Assembly: GCA_001275005.1 (NCBI GenBank)
Contig: JWZX01002730.1
Coordinates: 1 to 37,085 of the forward strand
Length of the DNA stretch: 37,085 nucleotides
Source: Chrysochromulina tobinii
Taxonomy: Eukaryota
Direction of reading: 5' to 3'
The position numbers were made by a program, and so were the translations under genes. This document shows positions 1 to 11,535 of the stretch, in pieces. Below the pieces are notes generated by a model. The model searched no databases. It saw only the letters and a program-made list of their open reading frames with translations, and had not been told where the DNA came from. Each line of letters begins with the position of its first letter. The first letter of the stretch is position 1.

Positions 1-11
1 CGCAGCGCCCC

Positions 12-3000
12 GTGCCTACTGGTCTCCTCGACGATGCCGGCCGTGGGCGGCTGTACACGATCCCGCCGCCGCCGCCCAAGCCCGATGTCGAGGAGGGCGC
101 TGAGCCGCCGCCCGAGGAGCCGCCGCCCGAGCCGACGCAGCAGACGCGCTGGGTCCTCCCTGCCAAGGAGAGCGTGCAGCTGCGCGTTGACTACAAGTCC
201 GCCCTCATCGGGCCGATGCAGCACGCTCTCAAGTTTGAGGTCATGTGCGTGGGAGAGAGCAAGGCCGCCACGTTGCAGGTGGGCGCGATGTGCGCTCGCC
301 CGTCCATTTCGACAGACCCGCGGAACGTCTTCAACCGCAAGGTGAAGGCGAAGGATCAGCTCAAGGTCAAGAAGGCGTACGTGGTACAGCGCCAATGCTT
401 CGAGTTCGGTCCGCTCCTCGCCAAGCGGCCGAGGCCGGTGCCCAACGACGAGGGCGTGTCGCCGCCGCCGCATAAGGACCACGAGACGCCGCTGCACATC
501 TCGAATAACTCGCCCTTCCCGCTCACCGTCCAATTCTCCTTCCTCGGCGACGGCAAGGCAGTGCACACGCCGATGCCGCTGCCGTTTACGCCGCCCCCCG
601 CGCTCGTCGAGGGTGAGGGCTCCGAGACCAAGGACGCCGCGCCGCCCGCCGTGGACATGCCCACGCGGCCCGCAGATGCGGGCCCCGTCTTCTTCTTGCG
701 CGAGACGACCATGACGCTTGAGCCCGACGAGACCAAAGACCTGTACTTGTCGGCCTTCCCCGACATGAACGGCCTCTTCGACGAGAATCTGATCTGCACC
801 ATCACGAACAACCCGGAGCCCGTGCAGTTCCCGATCTCGTGCATCGGCTCGACGCCGGCGGTGGCACTCTCGTCGCAGGCGGTCGAGTTCCAGCGGCTGC
901 TCCTGGGCCGCTCGGACACCAAGGTGGTGCAGATCGCCTCGCGCTCGGCGCTTCCGCAGCGCTGGTCGATCGTGCAGGCGGACCTCGACGCGATCGGCGA
1001 GCAGCCGGCCTCGGAGCCGGGCGGCGCGCCCAAGCTGCCGAGCTACACCGTCACGCCCACCTCGGGCTTTCTCGCGCCGGGCGAGGTGGCCAGCATGGCG
1101 GTCACGTTCCACGCGCGCGAGCCGGGAGCGTGCGCCAAGACGCTCAACATCCAGATCACCGACGCGGAGTCGCTGCTTGGTGTGGTCGACACGCTGCCCG
1201 TGGCGCTCACGGCCGAGGCGTACGACATCAAAGTCAAGGTTGAGTGGCCGGGCGAGGCGACCGCCACCCCGGAGGCGCCCGTGTACATGGGCCTCGACTT
1301 TGGCTCGTTCAAGGTGGTCGACACCCGCACGTCCTCGCTCGAGCTCATCAACGAGGGCAAGTATCAGGTGGGCTTCAAGTTCCTGTTCAAATCGAAGATG
1401 ATGCGTAACATCCTCAAGATTGAGCCCGAGGAGGGCTTGCTCGAGCCGGCGACGGAGGCGCCTGCGGCGGGAGCGCCACCGCCGAAGAAGGGCGAGCCAC
1501 CGCCCCCGGCGGGCGGCCCGTCGCGCCTCAAGATCATGGTGACGCTCAAGGCGGACGCCGAGTACACGCTCAAGGGCAACACGGACGTGCGCTTGCGCTT
1601 CACCGAGCCGATGACCACCGAGGTGATGGACAACTTGACGACTCCAGTGCGCGTGATGATGCACTCGGTCTTCTCGAAGTCGACGCTCGTGCCCAAAGGC
1701 ATCAACTTCGGGCCGATGGTGTACGCGACCTCCAAGGAGCGCACCTTCGAGCTCACCAACACGGGCGAGTTCGACTTCAACTTTTCGCTGCGCAAGTTCG
1801 GCGACGCTCCGGGCAGCGCAGCGCCGCCCGCCGCCGCAGCAGCGCCGCCCGCCAAGGGGGGCAAGGGCGCTCCGCCGCCCGACCCGGCGGCGGCGGGCGG
1901 CTCCGTCCAGCTGGGCCGCTTCACGGTCACGCCTGGGTCGGGTACGGTCATGCCGGGCGGCTCGGCGACGTTCGTGGTCAAGTACGCGGCGGGCGACGGC
2001 GACGAGGTGAACAAGGAGACGCTCGTGGTCGATGTGGCCGACCGCGATGTGGGCAAGGAGCCCGATGGCGTCTTCTACGAGCTCGCGGCCGAGTCGTGCA
2101 TTCCAGGCATTGAGACGAAGGACTACACCAACATCTTCGAGGAGCAGTCGGTGCAGCGCCATATGACCCTAGCCGAGTTTGGGCTGCCCACCAACATCTT
2201 CGCCGAAGACGAGAGGCTCTTCTGCTTCGGCTCGCACATGGTCGGGCGCGAGGTCACGGAGCGATACAAGCTCTCCAACCCGATGAAGGTACCGTGCAAG
2301 GTGCTCGTCAGTGTCAAGCCGCGCATGCCCAAGGCCGAGGCCGCGGCGCCGCCCGCCAAAGGGGGCAAGGGCGCTCCCGAGCCGCCGCCCGCGGTGGGCG
2401 ACAACCCATTCGACGTCGAGCCAAAGGAGGTCGTCATCCCGCCTCACGAGCACAGGTATGTCTCGTGCTTCTTCAAGCCGGGCAATATGATGACCTACAA
2501 CGCGACACTCGAGGCGGCCGTCGAGCTAGGCACCAATCCCGAGACGAAGCTGCTCACCTTCGAGCTGATGGCCGAGGGCACGCTGCCGCACGTGTCGGTG
2601 ATCGCGCCGAGTGCGCGCACCGACGCGGGGCTGCCGCTGCTGCACTTCCCCAAGCTGCTCGTCGGGCGCACGCACCGGCTGCCGCTCACGCTGCGCAACG
2701 AGGGCGTGCTGCCCGCGACGGTCTCGATCTCGCAGCTGCTCACCCGCGGACCCTTTTCGTGCGCGCTCGCCGGCCAGTCGGTCACCCTGCCCGCGATGGG
2801 CGAGGAGACGGTCGACGTCATCTTCAAGCCCGTCGCCGCGGGCGAGGTCGCCTCCGCCATCCGGGTGCAAGTGCACCAGAACGACTATGAGGACGTTGAC
2901 GTGCAGATCAAGGCCGAGGGCAAGAAGCAGGCCGTCGCCTTCGAGGACCTTCCGGCGCCGCCCGAGGGCGCCAAGGCCGAGAGCCTAGAGGACATGCTCT

Positions 3001-5981
3001 CCTTTGGCGACGTCGACGTGGGCGTGCCCAAGACGCTCACGTTCACGATTCGCAACTTTTCGGAGGTCGTGCACCGCTTCGCATGGGCGTCGCTGCCTGG
3101 GCTCACCTTCTCGCCCTCGGTGGGGCACCTGCCACCGTACGGCTCCAAGTCGATCTCGGCGACCTTTTCAATGGCCGAGCCGCTCTCGCACGAGGCGGGG
3201 TCGTCGGTCGCGACGCTCAACATGGAGAAGATCCAGTATCCGTCGCGTGGGCCGCGCGCCCCCCCCGTTGAGTGGGACGACTCCATGGTGAGCGTCAAGT
3301 ATCTGACCGAGGACGAGTTCGATGCACGGGAGGCGGCGCGGCTCGCGGCCGAGGCGGGCGGCGAAGGCACGCCCCCGCCGCCGCCGCCGCCGCCGGCCGA
3401 GGCGTTTGTGGAAGATCTGACAGTCGCGAAGGTCTCGTCGCCGAGCCGCGCGCGACGCAAGGTGTTTGAGGTGGAGCCCGAGCCCACGTACGAGGTCATC
3501 GGGCCCACCGAGGCGGAGCTCGAGGCGGCCGCTGCGGCGGCTGCGGCGGCTGCGGCGGCCGCGCCGCCGGCTAAGGGTAAGAAGGGCGATCCGCCGCCGC
3601 CGCCGCCCGAGCCCCCGAAGCCGGCTGGCGATGTGCTCAGCCTCGGTGTCGAGGCCAAGTGCGAGCACGCGCAGGTCAAGTGCGAGACGACCTCGATTAA
3701 CTTCAAGTCGACGATGATGTTTCAGGTGCGCTCGCACTCCTTCCCGCTCACCAACACGGGCAACGTCGAGCTGCACTACCGCTGGAAGGTCACGGCGCTC
3801 GACGGCAGCCGCGAGCCGCTGCCACTGAACGAGGCGCCCTTCTCGGCCTCGCCCGTGCAAGGCGTGGTGCCGCCGGGCGGCACGGTCAACGTGACTGTCT
3901 CGTTCTCGCCAGCGGAGGTCGACACCTTCCAGCGCAAGCTCACGTGCCAGTGCAAGAACCTGCAGCCCGACGCGGTCGCGCCCTCGATCATCGTCGTGGG
4001 CCATTCGTCTCGCCCATACTGCCACTTCGAGGTGGTCGAGTCCGACTACGTGCGCGCGGGCCGCCGCTCGCCCGACATGCCTGGGCCTGACGGCTCGCTC
4101 GGTCCTCTCGATCCGGCGACCAAGGTGATCGAGTTCAACTCACTTGGCACGCGCGTGCGGAACACGAAGCGCTTCTCGGTCGTGAACCCGACCAACAAGA
4201 CGTACGATTTCTTTTGGAAGTCGATCGACGAGGATCTGGTCTCGGAGGCGGCCGGCGCGCAGCCCTTCCGCTGCCAGACGAGCAAGGGCCAGATCCTCGC
4301 CGGGCGCAAGTTCGAGATGGTCTTCCACTTCACGCCCGAGGCGGTCGACGTGGCCGAGTCGCACTGGCGCTTCCAGGTGCCCGAACTGGGCATCGACGTG
4401 CCCTTTTTGCTCGCGGGCACCATCCAGGAGCCGGGAGTCACGCTCGACATGACGCGCCACGACTTCGGACCGTTGCAAATCGGCCAGCGGGCCATGCAGA
4501 CGATCCACATCGTCAACACGGAGCATCTGCCCTTCTCGTTCGCCTTCGACAAGGCCTTCGCCCCGGGCATCGTCAACGGCGCCGAGTCGGTCGTCTCGTG
4601 CGAGCCGCTCACTGGCGTAGTGGGCCCCAACTCGAAGCTGCCGGTCGAGCTCACCTTCGCGCCGTCGCTCGAGAAGAACTTCAACTTCAACATGGAGCTG
4701 CGCGTCAAGAACAAGCCGCAGCCGCTCGTGCTCAACGTCAAGGGCCAGGGCTACGCCATCCACGACACGCTGCACCTGGCAGACGCCATGGGCAAGTTAG
4801 TCGAGATCTCGTCCTTCGCGCCCACACGCGTCGACTTCGGGCAGGTGCACGTCAACGACAAGATCGTGCGCCAGCTCCAAATCTCGAACTCGGGCCGCTT
4901 CAACTTCGACGTGTCGCTCAGCCTCAAGATGCCGCCGGGTGTGCGCATGCCGCCGGTGGCCGTGACGCCCGAGCTCGCGACCGTGCGCAAGGACGAGAAG
5001 CTCATGTGCCAGCTCGCGTACTCGCCCACCTCGGAGGCGGCGCTGCCGCAGGGCCTCGCGCTGCAGGTGCAGGTGACCAACGGCCGCTCGTACACGCTGC
5101 AGCTCTTCGGCAAGGGCCAGCGGCCCAAGGTCGTCTTGTCGTTCAAGAAGCACGATTTCGGGCCTTGCTTCGTGGTCACGCCCAAGAACGGCATGAAGCC
5201 CGTCGAGGCCGTGCTCACCCTCGTCAACGTGGACGACCACGAGGTGTCCCTCGACATGCCCTTCGACGCTGAGGAGTTCCTGAGCGCGACCGTCGACCGC
5301 TCGACGATCGCGCCCGGTGAGTTCGCGACCGTCCACCTCGCCTTCGCGCCCCCAGCCGCCGGCAGCTTCTCGACGACGGTGCCGTTCCTGCTCAACGGCC
5401 TATGGTCGGTGACCGTCGCCATCGAGGGCGAAGGCTGCGATCTCCGCCTCGAGCTCGCCGACCCGAACCAGCAGCAGGTCTCGCTGGGCAACCAGCCCGT
5501 GCACACGAGCATCTTCCGCTCGGTGCCCATCGTCAACCGGTCGCGCCGGCCCGTCGACGTGTCGCTCGCAGACACAGCCGAGAAGCTCGCGGCGAAGCAG
5601 ATCCAGCTCAGCTTCGCGGGCGGCGGCGTCGAGGCGACGATGCGCCCGCGCGAGAACCTCGCCATCGAGCTGCGCTTCTCGCCGATGACCCGCCTGCCGA
5701 GCTTCGCGCTGCCGGTGACCGCGCTCGTGTGCGGCCTCAAGCGGCCGCTGTTCAACGTGTCGGGCTCGTGCGTGGCGATGGACTTGCAGCTCGAGATGGA
5801 GCAGCTCTCGTTCGGGCAGGCGACGCTCAACTCGCGCATCACGCGGCCGCTCATGCTTCAGAACCTGGGCGACGTCCCCTCCACGTGGAGGCTCGACAAG
5901 AGCTCGATCGCGCCCGACGTTTCCGTCTCCCCGACCGAGGGCTACTTGCGGCCCAACGAAGACACCAACATCGAGGTCACC
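12..5981 (+). CDS. HYDIN: HYDIN (axonemal central-pair protein), partial: 5' part lies upstream of the window and similarity ends at ~5981
   Basis: About 1990 codons of tandem ASH/PapD-like Ig-fold repeats (e.g. INFGPMVYATSKERTFELTNTGEF, INFKSTMMFQVRSHSFPLTNTGNV, RPYCHFEVVESDY, LGTRVRNTKRFSVVNPT, LSFGQATLNSRITRPLMLQNLGD), matching the C-terminal half of HYDIN as I recall it. Third codon positions are almost all G/C. The frame is open from the window start. Confidence 0.9.
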
Positions 5982-6755
5982 CCGGTGAGCTCGCCGTCGG
6001 ACGAGCCACCGTCGGACGAGCCACCGCCCTCGCCGCCGCCTTCGCCGCCATCCTCGCCGAAGCACTCGCCCTCACCCCCGCCCCCGCCGCCGACGGCCGA
6101 GCCCCTGCTCTTCGAAATCCTCCGCACGATCGAGACGGCCAAGGAGTTCTCCTCCTCGCTCGTGCTCGCCCTCCACGCGGCCGACGCGCCGCTCGCCGCG
6201 TCCGCTGCGCTGTGCAGCGTGCCCATCCAAAGGCTTCTTGCCGACGAGGCCGACGATTTCTACGATGTGCACCTGGCACAGCTGCTCGCGCCTCCCGATG
6301 GCGGAGGGATAACCACGACGACCACTCCAGAAGCTGCGAGTGGGGGCCAAAGCGGCGGCTCACCCAATCCTGGTGGTGCGCTCTATTGCTGCTTTCACGA
6401 CGTGTCATTCGAAGGTAACCTGCCGGATGTCCTGCAGTATCGCCTCCTCCTCCTCGACGACGACGAGCCATCACTCGGCCATAGCCAGCTGCTGGCCTTT
6501 GGCCGCGTCGAGTCGGCGCCCCGCGCCAACGCTGGCGCTCATCGCCAATTCGCCGAGCGCGGGCTCCGTCGCGTGCGCCTGTCCTTTGAGCGTGCCGACA
6601 CGGGCTGGACGCTCGTGTGTGCCACCCTGGCCGCCGAGCAGCCCTCGCTGTTGTGGGCGCTCGCAACGCTCGAGCAGGCGGTGGCCAGTGAGGCGGAGGA
6701 GCCTCTAGAGGGGCTCCACACGCTCGCGGGCCTCGTTGCCACACTCGAGGATGCG

Positions 6756-6793
<38 letters not shown>

Positions 6794-9700
6794 GCAGCAG
6801 CGCCTCGTCGCCGACAGTGTGCAGGAGGACGATGACGAGGACAATGCGACTGGCGGCGCTGGCGGCGGCGCTGGCGGTGCCGATGGTGCCTCGTCGGGAG
6901 CTCATCACGGCGCCTCATCGGGAGCTCCTTACCGGCCGCCCAGCACGGCCGCGTGTCGCCACGCGCTCCTCGAGGCACTGCGCCCTCTCGCGCACGCGCA
7001 GGCCGTCGTGTGCCCCTTTATGCTCTCCCCGAGCGAACGTGACTGGCTCGAACTGTCGCTGGCGGAGCTGCGGGAGATGGGCGCCGACGAGGCTGTCGGA
7101 GAGGCGGCGAGTGGACTGCAGTTGATACTGAGTCGTGTAGAGGAGCGTCGCCACGCGCTCCGTCGTGCACGCCTGCCCATGGCCGAGACGGACAGAGAGG
7201 ACACAGGGCTGGCGGCAGGGCCGGAAGCAGAGCTGCTGCGGGAGGCGGCTCGGTGGGTGCAACAACTGTGGCCGTTGGTGGTGGCAGCGGAGAGAGCGGC
7301 GGCAGCGGAGCGTGCGGTGGCAGCGGAGAGGGTGGCGGTGGAGGAGAAGGAGGCGGAGGAGGAGAGGGTGGGCGAGAGGGCGGTGGAAGCGGAGAAGGCA
7401 GGAGCGGCGCATAGGGCGGCGGCGGCGACAGCGAAAGCGGCCACCGAGAGGGCTGGCGCGAGTGACGCGGGGCTGGCACGAGTGACGCCAGCACCACGAG
7501 GCTCAGTCTCTTTAGTCGCATGCGAAATTTCAGACGGCGATGAGGAGGAGGAGGAGGAGGAGGTAGCGGCGGCGGCAACGGCGACAGAGGCAGCGGAGGC
7601 GGCAGCGGTTGCCGCGCCTTCGCCAAATTACGCGATCGGTGCGGGACCTGCTGCGGCGATCGGTATGGCGCTAGTCACCTCCCTTTTGGACGGCGATCTG
7701 TCGTCCGACACAGAAGAGGACGAGCCGCCGCCAGCACCGCCGCCGCCAGCGCCGCCGCCGCCAGCGCCGCCACCGCCAGCGCCACCGCTCACGCCACCAG
7801 GACCGCCGCCGCCGGCCGCAGCGGCCTTCTCCTCCTCGACAGCCGCGCCCTCGTCCTCCGCCCAGCCGCGTGCCGCTCTTGGCGGCCGCGCACTGACCCT
7901 CGATGACGAGGACAACTTGGTCGACATGCACATCGACGCGCCGACATGCAGCAGCAGCTCCGCCAAGCGACCTCGGGCGGAGGAGGATGAGGGCGCGAGC
8001 GGCAGCCGCAGCGGCGGAGTCGCCAGCAGCAGCCGCAGCAGCAGTCGAAAGCGAGCGAGCGTCAAGGTGAGGGATCCATCAGAACCGAGGGCAGCCTGTG
8101 ACTACTGCGGCATCCCATATGCCCTCGACCGGCTCGACGACCACGAGAGTGCGTGTCACCGCCGCGCAGTGGAGAAGGCAGCGGCGGCACATAGGGCAGC
8201 GGCGGCGACAGAGAAAGCGGCCGCCGAGGCGGCAGCGGCGGCCGAGAGGGCCGATGCACAGCGGCGGCGCTCCATCGCAACGGAAGGGCGTGCCTCTACG
8301 GGCACTCACTCTCGCCTGTCCGCCGCCACCCTCGTCACGCCATCGGCCCTGCCCGCGTGGTCGACGCTTCCCGCGTGGTCGCCGCTTCCCGCGGCGGAGC
8401 GGGCTGCGCTGCCGTCACCAGCGTCGCCAGCGTTGCCGCCGCCGCCGGCGCCGGCGCCGCCAGCAGGGCTGGCGCGAGTGACACCATCAGTCTCTTTACT
8501 CGCATGCCACATCTCAGACGACGATGATGAGGAAGAGTCGGCGTCGCAGCCCCCGGCGGCGACCGCGACCTGGCTCAGCCACACGCTCGCGCGGGAGGTC
8601 TGCTTTGGACCAACGGCGCTTGGTCTGGGGGTAGAGCACGGAGATGCCGCCCAGCTGCTCGCGGTGGTGGCGGGCAATTTTGAGCCATGCCCAGGCGCCC
8701 ACAATGCCAATGGCACTAACACAAACGGCAAATACAAGAAGAGCACCATCACCTGCGGCTGCAATGGCGCCATTCACTATATCGACCTCAAAAATGACTT
8801 GAAGCCGCTCCTCGAAAGGATACAGATCGAAGGGGAGACATTGTTCGAACGCTTGAAGACGCAGGGACTTGTCGCAAAAAAGGAATGGTACAGTAAGACG
8901 CGCGGCCTACTGCAACAAGCAGGCCTCGTCTTCAACTTTTCACCATACTGCACGCCAGACCGGAAACAGCACAAGAATGTTATCTTTGGCCTGAAGCGGC
9001 GCAACGTGCCCGTGCTCATCACACCGCTCGTCGCAGAGGGCGCCACCGCCTCTGCGACGCCGACGCCACGGCCGAGGCCGCCACCACCACCGCTCCGTCA
9101 ACCGACCAAGTGGCGCGAGACGCGCGTCGCGGCGCTCCGAGCTATGCTATCCGATTATGGCAGCTTGGGGCAGGACACCCTCGACTGGGACGCCCTGACG
9201 CTCGCCTTGAACAAGAAGCTCGGCCTCGCCGGCGGCAATGCCTTTTCTAGGACGGCGGTGTATAATCAGGCGCTGCGGATGAAGACCTACCATAATGAGG
9301 CAAGTGCTGCCTTTTCTGGGCTAGGCGCTGCTCGCGCTGCTCGCGCTGCTCGCGCTGCTCACGCTGCTTCCCTGCCGCCTGAGGACCAGGACCTCCTGAC
9401 ACTTGAAGAGGACACCCTCATTGCCGCCCACCGCGACTCGGTGAAGGGCGTCGAAGGCGTCGCACCTTGCAAATGCTCTGCGTGCCGTGCGAAGGGCGTG
9501 CCGGGCCCGCCTGTGGTCCGCACGGCGCGGCGCTTATACAATTGGAGCGCATTTGTCGCCGAGATGCTGCCACGCCGCCCAGTTGGCCTCATCAAAAATA
9601 GGGCCCAAAGCGCACTGGGAAGGAATGGGCGCCGATACCGCAAAGATCCTAACCTGGTGCACAAGCTCGAGCTCGTCGAGCCCGCTGGCCTGTTTGCCTG

Positions 9701-11258
9701 GCTGGCCGCGGCTGCAGCCGCTGGTGAGCTGCTGCGTGGCTACCCAGATACTGCCCTGGCAGCCGCCGTCAACCGCCTGCTGCGCCAGCACTCGCGCGGA
9801 GCTCAATTGAGCGAGGTGGGCGATGGCGAGCGGGCGGCCGACGGCGATGACGACGTTGGCGACGATGGCGGCGATGGCAACGATGGCAGCGAAGACGGCG
9901 AAGACGGCGACGACGATGGCGACGATGGTGGCGATGGCAACGATGGCAGCGAAGACGGCGAAGACGGCGTCGACGCTGACGAGCTGTTTGGCTGCTTCAA
10001 CGTCGACGATGATGACGGCGCCCAGCTGTTAGTCGACGGCGGCGGTAACAGCGGAGGCAGCAGCGGCGGCGGTTTCGCCGGCGACGGCAGCAGCGGCGGT
10101 GGCGTCCTGTACACCGACGCTTTCAATGGCGCGCCGCCCCCACCGGGGGACGCAAAACAGTCCTCGACACTGACGCGTGACGACAGTGTCGAGGCCGTCG
10201 ATGCACCGATCGCACACCTCCAGGCGCTGCAAGTGTCAGGTCGCCCGACGATCCAAGCAGCGTTCGATCGGCTGCGTGCGTACCTCTCTGAGGTGAAAGC
10301 CTTCAGAGCCATCTTGGCTCAGGCGGCCTCGGCTGCCGAGACGGCCCCGGCTAGCATGCCCCCGGAGGCCATGGCGAGCGCGAGGGCGCTCCGCGACGCC
10401 ATGTTGGGCCAGTCCGGCAAGGGCGGCCAGCCTCTGCTGGCAAAGCACCGGTGCTTCCTGCTGCGCGCGCGGCGCGTCACCGCGAGCGCCGAGCAGGACG
10501 CCGCCCACGCCAATCCGACTAGCGTCCAGTGCGCGCACCAGAGGAAGTGCCTCCAAGAGTCCCCGATGGATGGGCTCAAGAGTACCCGCGGGCGCCCATG
10601 GGACCCGAGGCACTGGGCGCCCATGGGGGGATCCGACTGCCACGGCCTGTACTCGCACATAATCCGTGTGGATAACGTGCCAGAACACTTCATGGATGTC
10701 CCGGGCAGCTGGGTGGCCATCGAAGTTGACACACCTATCCTAGAAGCCTGCAAGTGCTTCTTCGAGTCGATCCGTGCGCACGCGACGCGGCTCAACCTGC
10801 GGCTGCATGAGGCTAACCGCCTTGTCGCTCTGACGGGCGCAGCATGCCTGTTCGTGTGTGCCGCCTTTGTGATGCCGTCGCGGCCGTCGCTGCTACTACC
10901 TGTGCAGATCCTGCGCGTGGAGGTGTACGGGGGCGATCAGGGGGATGGGGCGACGGGTCCGACGCACCTCGCTGCCATGGAGACGGAGCGTTACAAGGTC
11001 ATTCCTCGATCTGGGCTGTACTGGCAGCAGTACGCGCTAGGGTACGGCTGGGGGGTGAGCGTGAAGCTCGCCGGCTGTAGCACGCTCCTGGTGCGCGCGG
11101 TGGAGTTGGACGGGGTGGAGATTGGCATGACGGCGTGGGCTATGATGACGGCTAGCCTGCTAGGCATGAGCGACGCGCTGTGCGTCGGCGGGTCATTCCG
11201 GCAGTCCTCTCCTTGTGGCGACATCACCACGGACACGCGGTTGCGGCTCGTGCTGTGA
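5982..11258 (+). CDS. Uncharacterised multidomain nuclear-type protein region in frame with HYDIN (polyQ, C2HC zinc finger, two Myb/SANT-like repeats, possible C-terminal GIY-YIG-like domain)
   Basis: About 1760 open codons with no HYDIN-like repeats and more A/T at third positions. Contains CDYCGIPYALDRLDDHESAC (8097-8156), KWRETRV..WDALTLALNKK..SRTAVYNQ (~9108-9285) and TLEEDTLI..NWSAFVAEMLPRRPVGLIKNRAQSAL (~9396-9620). Confidence 0.6.
6756..6800 (+). repeat. (CAG)n tract encoding 15 Gln
   Basis: cagcagcag... with a single caa interruption, in frame. Confidence 0.95.
9861..9969 (+). repeat. 60-bp-period coding tandem duplication (acidic DDGGDGNDGSEDGEDG x2)
   Basis: gacgatgg(c/t)ggcgatggcaacgatggcagcgaagacggcgaagacggcg at 9861 and 9921. 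Confidence 0.9.
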
Positions 11259-11344
11259 GAGGCGCAGAGAGGAGGCGAGACTTGACTCGATTCCACGGCG
11301 GTGCGACGGCAAAGTACAGCGTGGTCAGCGGACCCGTCGCGGAA

Positions 11345-11426
11345 GTACGCGACGGTACGCGACGGCATGAGTGGCAGCAGAGACTTAGTAGTAGGAGTAG
11401 AGACTTAGCGATTTGTAGAGACTTAG
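11345..11426. repeat. Short direct repeats downstream of the giant ORF: GTACGCGACG x2 and AGAGACTTAG x3
   Basis: AGAGACTTAG at 11379, 11399 and 11417; GTACGCGACG tandem at 11345 and 11355. Confidence 0.85.
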
Positions 11427-11535
11427 CAAGCTCTCGTCCGTCGCGAGACGCCGTGACCAATCGCCTTGTAACGAAAAATGAGATTTGGTTGCTGGTCTTC
11501 ACTGTGTCCTGTTTCACTGTTAACAAAAGTTCAGA

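Noticed and set aside
356..5854. Long antisense and alternate-frame ORFs over HYDIN, and likewise over ASL, CCDC40 and the ANK gene
   Set aside because: Shadow ORFs expected from extreme GC3 bias; no independent protein features
12..11258. Calling the whole 3748-aa ORF a full-length HYDIN
   Set aside because: HYDIN-like repeats occupy only 12-5981; the rest differs in domain content and codon usage
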